Assembly: GCF_001194135.2 (NCBI RefSeq)
Contig: NC_068984.1
Coordinates: 80,503,691-80,536,166 of the forward strand
Reading direction: 5' to 3'
Length of the DNA: 32,476 nucleotides
Source of the DNA: Octopus bimaculoides
Lineage: Eukaryota
The translations under genes were made by a program, and so were the position numbers. Within the stretch, counting starts at the first letter, position 1; every line of letters begins with the position of its first letter. Positions 1 to 8,729 of the stretch are shown here, piece by piece. The notes under the pieces are model-generated. The model saw nothing but the letters and a program-made list of their open reading frames with translations. It did not search any database and was not told where the DNA came from.

Positions 1-42
<42 letters not shown>
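1..42. repeat. (TG)n microsatellite
   Basis: Pure TG run at the window start. Confidence 0.97.
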
Positions 43-49
<7 letters not shown>

Positions 50-310
50 TGGAGATTACGGAGATGTACTTGCATGACAAGTAACCTGATCTGAGATCGA
101 GTGCTGGAACGAAAACAATTGCAGCGTGGAATGTGTTTATAAGCCATATAAGAAACACACAAAAACCGTTAGATTCACTTCAACACTTAAATTTAATTTG
201 CCAAAATATTTTCGTCGCTTTGAGACCGCGACCTGTTCACTGACAAAATTCTGTGCTGCATCTGTGATGCAAATTAAATTAAATTTAAATCTTGAAGTGA
301 ATCTAACGGT
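43..310 (-). mobile_element. Probable Penelope-like element terminal repeat (pseudo-LTR) fragment with hammerhead motif and partial inverted duplication
   Basis: Contains a minimal hammerhead-like motif (197-247, minus) and a 35-bp inverted repeat (165-199 / 276-310, 2 mismatches). Both traits are known from Penelope-like elements. No RT or GIY-YIG coding sequence is visible. Confidence 0.5.
197..247 (-). ncRNA. Minimal type I hammerhead ribozyme-like motif, G3-C8 core variant
   Basis: Minus strand reads UUUGUCA-GUGAACA-G-GUCGC-ggucucaaa-GCGAC-GAA-AAUAUU-U-UGGCAAA. This gives a 7-bp helix I (one G-U), a 5-bp perfect helix II, the GAAA box, a palindromic helix III (AAUAUU) and an NUH triplet of UUU. 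Confidence 0.7.
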
Positions 311-427
311 CACTCACTCCTCCATTCCATCACACCCGATGCCACTACGCCAACTCCTCCACTACCCATCTCCCACCCTGATACATCCCCCTACCCACTC
401 TCACCAACCCTCCACACACATACCCCC

Positions 428-690
428 ATTGAGGTAAAAGAACATTCTAATTAGAACATTAATAATGAAGCTATTTTATTTCTATGGTATTCTGCCCTAA
501 TTGATTATTTTATTTCATTTCTTTATTAATTTATAATTAGCCTTTATTTATTCATTAAAAAAATTAAGCTAATCTTATATAAGCATACTTAGCTTATATA
601 AAACTATACTGGTATATTCACTATATATAAAAAAAAAATGCTTAGAATATAATTTTATTAATATATAATTAGAATGTTCTTTTACCTCAA
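428..690. repeat. AT-rich segment bounded by a 25-26 bp inverted repeat (fold-back / MITE-like)
   Basis: attgaggtaaaagaacattctaatta (428-453) is the reverse complement of 666-690 apart from one extra A. There is an internal 10-bp hairpin at 575-601. No clear TSD. Confidence 0.5.
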
Positions 691-1723
691 TACTCCTTTA
701 TTAATACCAGCATATACCAATTAGTCAATATTCACAGATACCATCTGATGAGTTAGTATTTAAGTGTACAATATGTATAAATATTAAAATGTTTCTGAAT
801 AATTTCTTTTCCTCCCTCTATTGTGGTAAAATGTTTGGTATATACTCAAAAGTATTCATAAATTTTTAGACTTTTGTTAATATATTCTTCTTAATAACCC
901 TCTGAATAGCATAAACTTTATTTATATACAATATAGCAACATTGTTTTAAAACATTTAGCTATAGTACTACATGATAAGACTTCCCCTATTTCATTATCA
1001 ATGGTCTGTCAATGGGCGCCCNNNNNNNNNNNNNNNNNNNNNNNNNNNNNNNNNNNNNNNNNNNNNNNNNNNNNNNNNNNNNNNNNNNNNNNNNNNNNNN
1101 NNNNNNNNNNNNNNNNNNNNNNNNNNNNNNNNNNNNNNNNNNNNNNNNNNNNNNNNNNNNNNNNNNNNNNNNNNNNNNNNNNNNNNNNNNNNNNNNNNNN
1201 NNNNNNNNNNNNNNNNNNNNNNNNNNNNNNNNNNNNNNNNNNNNNNNNNNNNNNNNNNNNNNNNNNNNNNNNNNNNNNNNNNNNNNNNNNNNNNNNNNNN
1301 NNNNNNNNNNNNNNNNNNNNNNNNNNNNNNNNNNNNNNNNNNNNNNNNNNNNNNNNNNNNNNNNNNNNNNNNNNNNNNNNNNNNNNNNNNNNNNNNNNNN
1401 NNNNNNNNNNNNNNNNNNNNNNNNNNNNNNNNNNNNNNNNNNNNNNNNNNNNNNNNNNNNNNNNNNNNNNNNNNNNNNNNNNNNNNNNNNNNNNNNNNNN
1501 NNNNNNNNNNNNNNNNNNNNNNNNNNNNNNNNNNNNNNNNNNNNNNNNNNNNNNNNNNNNNNNNNNNNNNNNNNNNNNNNNNNNNNNNNNNNNNNNNNNN
1601 NNNNNNNNNNNNNNNNNNNNNNNNNNNNNNNNNNNNNNNNNNNNNNNNNNNNNNNNNNNNNNNNNNNNNNNNNNNNNNNNNNNNNNNNNNNNNNNNNNNN
1701 NNNNNNNNNNNNNNNNNNNNNNN

Positions 1724-1787
<64 letters not shown>

Positions 1788-1995
1788 TGCTTGTCTGTCT
1801 GTGTCTGTGTTTTCACCCCGCCATCGTTTGACAACCGATGTTGCTGTGTTTACGTTCTCATAACAGCGGTTTGTGAAAAGACACTGACAGAATAAGTACT
1901 AAGCTTACAAAGAATAAATCCTGTGGTCGATTTGTTCGACCAACGGCGGCGCTCCAGCATGGCCGTAGTCACATGACTGAAACAAGTAAAACAAT
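1724..1995 (+). mobile_element. SINE family A (OK-like) 3' half with its internal (TG)n tract; 5' half probably lost in the gap
   Basis: ttgacaaccgatg...agaataagtact...gctccagcatggcc...atgactgaaacaagtaaaa aligns by eye with 22410-22615. Confidence 0.88.
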
Positions 1996-2044
1996 AAAAA
2001 AGCAATGCCATTTTAATCCCGAGCAAGGCCGGGTATCTCTGCTA

Positions 2045-2076
<32 letters not shown>

Positions 2077-2107
2077 ACATACACACACACATGTATATAC
2101 AAATATA

Positions 2108-3387
2108 CATGGTGTCCCCAAAGTATGTATATACCCTTCTACAGCAGATAAACCGAATCTTCTTTCTTTTCAGATTTTATTCATCAAAAGTACCAATGGC
2201 ATCAAGACTTAGCTTTAATCAAAGGAACATCATCTTAAAACGTTACTGAAAGTATGAAAATGCGGTTGAAGTCCAAAGAAAACATAGAAGAGAGTTTCAG
2301 TCAGGTCCGACTAAAATCTATCGAATCAGGAATAAATTTGAATCTGATGGAACTGTACAGAATTTACACAGGAACCGTTCCGGAAGACCACGGATATCAA
2401 CAAGCCCCAGAAAGCAACAATGAATACTGGAAAGTTTTCACAAATGTCCGAGAAAATCTATGCGGCAAACAAATCGTGATGTAGCGATTTGAAAAGTTAT
2501 AACCTAACATTAGTCCTATTCGGTCTGGATCATGCTTTCAATGAAGATGATCCAGACCGAAGAATGAAGTATTGCCAATAGTACGCTTCCCAATAAAAAG
2601 TTGAGTGAAATGATGAGTCTGCATTTAAATTAAATGGTTCAATTTACTGCTGGAATTGCACGTACGGTGGTCTGAAAATCTGCATATTACGGTGGAATAT
2701 GAAGTTAATTCACCAGAAGTTACAGTGAGGTGTGGCATTACATCAAGAGGATTAATTGGACAATTTTTTTAAGCAACTGTGACTGGTCCCGTTTACTTGA
2801 ACATGCTGCAAGAGTCTATGATGTCAAGCATTAGAGATGTCTTTGAAGATGAAGTATTTTATTTCCAGTTAGATAGAGCACCACCACACTACCATCATGA
2901 TTTACGACCCTACCTCAATGAGATCTTGCCAAACAGGTGGATTGGAATTAGGGGCTTTGTAGAATACTCTCCTCGTTCACCAGACCTCATTCCTTTGGAC
3001 ACTTTCTTATAAGGATACTTAAGATATAAGGTGCACACTACAAAACAAGCAACAATCGCTAAATACTGAGAGTTGCCATTGAACGAGAATGCACTCAAAT
3101 ATCTAATGAAATGTTAATTGATGTTTGCATTTCTGTTGCTTCACATTGTCAACACTATCTGCACCAGAATGAACATCAATTTGAAAAAAGAGCGATGACA
3201 TGTCCTTTAAAGAATTCACTTCAATAAATCATGTCTCTATATACATTATTTAAATTATGTACACACTTTACGAGGTTTAAATACAATTAAATGTCTGTCG
3301 ATCATACTATTTTCTAGAAAAGACGTCATTTTGATACGTATTCCATTTACAATTATTCAAAGCGTGTATACATTTTTGGGACACCCT

Positions 3388-3388
<1 letters not shown>
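2108..3388 (+). mobile_element. Full-length decayed Tc1/mariner DNA transposon, DD41D (rosa/VS) family, about 1.28 kb
   Basis: TIRs catggtgtccccaaagtatgtatatac (2108-) and gtgtatacatttttgggacaccctg (-3388). Left flank is TA, right flank TG. Transposase remnants lie between them. Confidence 0.9.
2196..3198 (+). pseudogene. Disrupted DD41D transposase (DUF4817-like HTH N-terminus plus DDD domain)
   Basis: MASRLSFNQRNIILKRY*KYENAVEVQRK...KFESDGTVQ...RSGRPR, then HAFNEDDPDRR, then [10 protein letters not shown]...RWIG...[17 protein letters not shown]. There are 41 residues between the second and third catalytic D. Several stops and frameshifts. Confidence 0.9.
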
Positions 3389-3485
<97 letters not shown>

Positions 3486-3492
3486 GCGTGTG
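3389..3492. repeat. (TG)n microsatellite
   Basis: Long TG run directly after the right TIR. Confidence 0.95.
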
Positions 3493-5774
3493 TGAAAATA
3501 CAGCGTAGACTATATATTAGCAAAGAAATTACAGTGTATTTAGCAAATTTTGTTAAAATATTTCAAATGAAGTTTTTTAATATCTGCATGAATTTTGATA
3601 ACAATATTCTTGAAATCTATAATAAATTATTATTGGTTATGAAATATGTTTGGATTTTGGCAGCATGTGATTAGAAATTCAAAATTACCCGTTTCCTCTA
3701 GGCGAGCAGTAACCCGTAAACGAAATCAATATTTCAAGTTGGCTTTTCTGAATTTTCTCCAAGAGATTCTCCAATCTTCCCTACAGACATATATGTTCCA
3801 TTAAGCAAGATATTTTTCTTTGTCATCCAGTGCTGATTTAGTTTTAAATGTTTTCTCGCTATTTGAATTTCCTAATTCGTAACTCTCTCTTTTATCCTGT
3901 TTAACTGAAAATATAACCGGTGTTTTGGTATTGGAAAATATTTTCACTCCTCCAATGACAAAAACAATAGATTCTCAGCTTAGTACTTAGCGTATCTTTT
4001 CTCTCAACTGGTTATTTGTTTGTAAAAAGTCACTTGAATTTCTAAATGCTACAAATTTTATAGACTTATCTAACACGTTATTTTTTCCTGGAAGGAGTTA
4101 CTATGATTTTATATTCTAATGAATGGTCATAATAATTTCTACAAGAACATGACAAAAGAACTGTTTTCTGTTGTCCAATGTTATATGATAGCGAATGTGT
4201 TGTAGCCTGATACAACTCGTAATAGTCGTCTCCAATTTCATGATATTTTGATGCACAAAAATATACAGAGGTGGGAGTGGGGGGATTTTCATAATCTCTT
4301 CCAGGCTGAAAGAAGGGCTTGAACGCTGCTTCATCAAATAAGGAAACGCTCTTTGCATATTTACTTTTACTGTGTTCTGGAACATTTCATTTATGAAATG
4401 TGCATACTCAAAGCTATTATATAAACATGATGGAATGAGCAATAGAGAATTAAGTATCTGAACCGTGATCACACATCATATCGACTTTTCGATCGAGAAT
4501 GAGATACTTTACTGAGTTGATCTGCTGCAATTTTGTTGGTTGAAGTTAGAAAAGCAATCGCCTTTCAAACTTATGTAATATGTGAGTCAATGCAGAATAT
4601 TTCTGAACTAGACGTATAGCATTACAACGTGAAGTTTCCCCCTCAATTGACTTGTTATTGTCTAGCACGGGTCATAGATTATTCTGAAATCCCAATTCCG
4701 AAAACAACAGTATCTTCCGGAAATCCATCATCATCTTAATTTCATTTCTCCTCATCGTTAACGACTTTCTCAATCACTCCGAAATTTACTCGATCTTATG
4801 CTGACGAGAGACAAAAGCAATATCCTGCTTATCTTCCCTAATTACAAATCCTCTTCTCTTGCCTGACAGAATAACTTTTGATAACGTTGACGTGGATTGT
4901 TTGGTTGAGAGAGATCTTAATTACATCTACACTTCTCATAAACAAAACCAAACGTTGACGGTTTCCTTTAAGATATGTGCTGTCTATCGGCTTTTAAAAG
5001 TAAATGTATTTGAAATCGTAAATATTTTCCAAACCCCGAAGTTCTGTTCACGATTTGTTGGCATTTACTTCAAGTTACATGCGAACAGGAGATAAACTCT
5101 TATCCACCTGTAAACGATATTGTTCTTCCAGTGATATCATCATCAAAATAGGAATAAAATGAGACACTTGAAAAGGAATTTAGAGCTGGAAGTTAAATAT
5201 CGCCTCCATTTTTCACGTTTTTACTTCTACCAAAATTAGGAAGGACCTTATCAATTCTTGATTCGTTGGCGTTTCCTGGAACAATTTTCAGGAAGAATTT
5301 TACAAAATAATACAGAATTATTAATGCAAAACTGACTGAAGGAGATGAATATTCATTCCACTACAACTATAACACTTGAGGTCAACATTGCAAGCAACAA
5401 GGCGTTCAAGTCAATTTAATTTATTCACATTTTATTTTGACAGCGAAATTTGCTTTGCCGTCCATACATTTCGAAACATCGAACATATAAAACATAGAAA
5501 CAAACTATGACAATGCACGTGGATTAATAATACATCGATGAGTCATAATAAATTATTATAATACGTCCACAGTACTGCAACAAAAGAAAAATTACAACTA
5601 TTTCTACCATAAAAACGAGCCTGCGAAGGTGTTTCTGCGTAATCGCTTGTCCTGCTACAAATAACAACCAAACCTATATCAAATTAGCTCTAAAATCATA
5701 TATAAGTTGTTCTGTTTGAGTTTAAATAATAAGCACATTTAGACAGTGAAGCAGACGTCCAAGAGCCATATATT

Positions 5775-5908
5775 CCTTTCTACTCTAGGCACAAGGCCCG
5801 AAATTTTGGGGGAGGGGGCCAGTCGATTAGATCGACCCCAGTACACAACTGGTACTTAATTTATCGACCCTGAAAGGATGAAAGGTAAAGTCGACTTCGG
5901 CGGAATTA
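5775..5908 (-). mobile_element. 5'-truncated SINE family B (OR-like) with a 15-bp TSD
   Basis: Minus strand aattccgccgaagtcgactttacctttcatcctttcagggtcgataaattaagtaccag...gtagaaagg matches 13430-13565 and 7535-7670. The direct repeat caagagccatatatt occurs at 5760-5774 and 5909-5923. Confidence 0.92.
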
Positions 5909-6136
5909 CAAGAGCCATATATTATAGCTGTGTGTTTTTTGTACTATGTCCGGAACAAACAGATAAATCGGTTCTTTTCAGTTGTTCATTCTGACTGACT
6001 GTCAATATACGCAGCATTTATTGCCTGCAAACCCTGCATATACATGTTTTGCATATGAGGGTGTAATTAGATTCTTGAGACCATATTTGAAAAGCATTCA
6101 AAGAATTGATTTTAATGACTTTTAAAAATACATTTA

Positions 6137-6337
6137 GACACAAGCGTTGCTGTGCGGTTTAGAAGTTCGCTTCACAACTGCATCGTTTTGGATCTAGTCC
6201 TACCGTGTGTTTTCTTGAGTTAGTATTTTCAACTATTATCCCGGGATGATCAATATCTTGTAAGTGAATTTGGAAGAATGAAACTTTGTGGAAGACCGTC
6301 GCATATTGATATATGTGTGCTTGTGTTTGTATGTATG

Positions 6338-6428
<91 letters not shown>

Positions 6429-6656
6429 TGTGTGTGTGCTTGTGTTTGTCCCCAACCGCTTGACAAACCAGTGTTGATTTGTTTACGCTCCCTTAACTTA
6501 TCGTTTCGGTAAAAGCAACCGCTAGAATAAGTGCCAGAATATGTGCGAAATATATATGTACTGGGTCTGATTCGTTTGGCTAAAACCCTTCAAGTCAGTG
6601 TCCCACGATGGATATAATCCTATGACTGAAACAAGTAAAAGATAAAAGGTAAAAGA
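6137..6656 (+). mobile_element. Older full-length SINE family A copy with internal (TG)~44
   Basis: Degenerate tRNA-like head (gttgctgtgcggtttagaagttcgc), central gtgaatttggaagaatgaaact, TG tract at 6338-6425, tail atgactgaaacaagtaaaagataaaagg. Confidence 0.82.
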
Positions 6657-6942
6657 CTACATATATTCATGGATAGCCGAAAAAAGGATTTTGCTCTTAT
6701 AGACATGGGAGTGACAACAAGTAAGCTGATTCGCGCGTAATTCACGCACAGAAGCATATGTAGCGTTCTTCCAGTTTACCACACGGTGGGACAATCTAAT
6801 ATCTACATATTTTATTTTAGGTAATTTCTTGCGTGTCTTTTTATTTCCGTCAGTCCATAGATATTTTTTCTGATTGATAAAACATTCCCTTAACACTGGT
6901 TTCCATGCTCTTTGATATATTGAATAGACTGACTTAAAACCA

Positions 6943-6995
6943 GTTACATAACTTGATCACTTGCTCGTTGTTACATAACTTGATCAGTGCTCGTT
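6943..6995. repeat. 27-bp tandem duplication
   Basis: gttacataacttgatcacttgctcgtt is followed by gttacataacttgatcagtgctcgtt. Confidence 0.9.
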
Positions 6996-7475
6996 GTTTA
7001 GATTTTTGTCGCCTTTTTCTATCAGAAATTGAATTGTTTTTACATTTCTGCCAACAAATTCGCGCACATTCAGGCGAAAAGTTTAGACAGATACGAGTGA
7101 TATAACATGCTTATCGTCACAGGTGCATTTGTTTTGTAGTAGAATAAAATTCAGCTTCAGTGAGCGTATATTTTCGCGAGTTATCTCGTCAACGTATATT
7201 TGTTTACAACGTTCAATGTTGATACAAATTCTATACTAACACGACCAAATAGCTTTGTCTATGCAACCATTTCCTGATGTGTTAACGTCTGTATGTGTGT
7301 GTTCGCACGCACAAGCAAATTTCAAGCCCAGAGCAAGACTTAGTTGACAAGTTAGTAGCGTGCGGTTTTTCGAAGACACCCACACCACCACCACCAACAC
7401 TTGTTTTTGTGGTAAAAACTGCAATTTATCAACGAGTATTCCTTAAATACATGTCTGCCATATTTTCATGACTAC

Positions 7476-7670
7476 AAGGCGGTGAGTTGGAAGAATCGTT
7501 GGCACGCCGGGCGTAATACTTAACACATTCTGAGTTCAAATTCCGCCGAGGACGACTTTGCATTTCAGCCTTTCTGAGTTAATAAAATAAGTACCAGTTC
7601 AGTACTAGAGTCGAGGCTATCGACTTATCCACTCCTCCAAAATTGCTAGTCTTATGCCAAAATTTGAAAT
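7476..7670 (+). mobile_element. SINE family B with tRNA-derived head and a small internal deletion
   Basis: aaggcggtgagttggaagaatcgttgg (A-box region), gagttcaaattcc (B box), core gccgaggacgactttgc...aagtaccag. Confidence 0.85.
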
Positions 7671-7844
7671 CAGTATCTTCGTGCCTACAATACCTGTGAC
7701 ACTGCAACAATAAAGAGCTATTGTTGCCCTGCACTTTATAGTATATTCTACTTCACTTAATTATGAACTTTCTGACAAGATACATATTGTATGTAGAGGA
7801 TGAGGATGAGTTATATTCTAGTGAATCAATTTTCTGAACATAAG

Positions 7845-7940
7845 AGCTGCTATTTGTATCGATACCAGCGGTATATTAGCTCAGAACATAGAAACACAAA
7901 TATCAAATTCTGTAATGCATTTAGAACGGTGCTCTACCAT
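7845..7940 (-). mobile_element. Highly degraded SINE family B head fragment
   Basis: Reverse complement includes tttctatgttctgagctaatataccgctggtatcga, resembling the B-box region of 7520-7555. Confidence 0.35.
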
Positions 7941-7943
7941 ATC

Positions 7944-7944
<1 letters not shown>

Positions 7945-7997
<53 letters not shown>

Positions 7998-8305
7998 CAG
8001 CAGTAGTGGTGGTGGGTTTTTTTTATTGGTGTTTTATTGGTGGTAGAGGAGTTAGTATTGGTGGTAGTGGTANNNNNNNNNNNNNNNNNNNNNNNNNNNN
8101 NNNNNNNNNNNNNNNNNNNNNNNNNNNNNNNNNNNNNNNNNNNNNNNNNNNNNNNNNNNNNNNNNNNNNNNNNNNNNNNNNNNNNNNNNNNNNNNNNNNN
8201 NNNNNNNNNNNNNNNNNNNNNNNNNNNNNNNNNNNNNNNNNNNNNNNNNNNNNNNNNNNNNNNNNNNNNNNNNNNNNNNNNNNNGTGGTGGTGGTGGTGG
8301 TGGTG

Positions 8306-8365
<60 letters not shown>
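7945..8365. repeat. (TAG)n/(TGG)n trinucleotide array interrupted by an N gap
   Basis: Direct reading; source of the poly-V and poly-T pseudo-ORFs. Confidence 0.95.
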
Positions 8366-8376
<11 letters not shown>

Positions 8377-8698
8377 TAAAAGAACAATTCGCAATATATC
8401 ATGAACATGTTGAACCAATTTGTCTTCAGTTTGGCAAATAAATTACATTCCACGTTATTTTATTGGCAGTCTCTTTTGGTGTGCTGTTGTATTCAGGAAG
8501 CATGGCAAAAATAACTTCTCTGGAAATGGCGTATTGATATTTTTATAGTCATACTTCTCTGACAATAATCCTTCTTTTATTATATTTTCCTTTCAGGAAA
8601 CGCTTCAAACAACATCTCCGCTTGTGATTAACTTCGACTGTTATTCGTCGATCTGATCTAATGCACATTTCTCCCAACCCGGTGTAACACAGGCTACA

Positions 8699-8729
<31 letters not shown>

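Noticed and set aside
126-437. 103-aa ORF (MECVYKPY...)
   Set aside because: It starts at GTG, overlaps the hammerhead/inverted repeat antisense and a C-rich tract, and has no recognisable domain.
745-800. CTGATGAG, a possible second hammerhead core
   Set aside because: No helix II or GAAA box follows. The same applies to ctgatgag near 17630.
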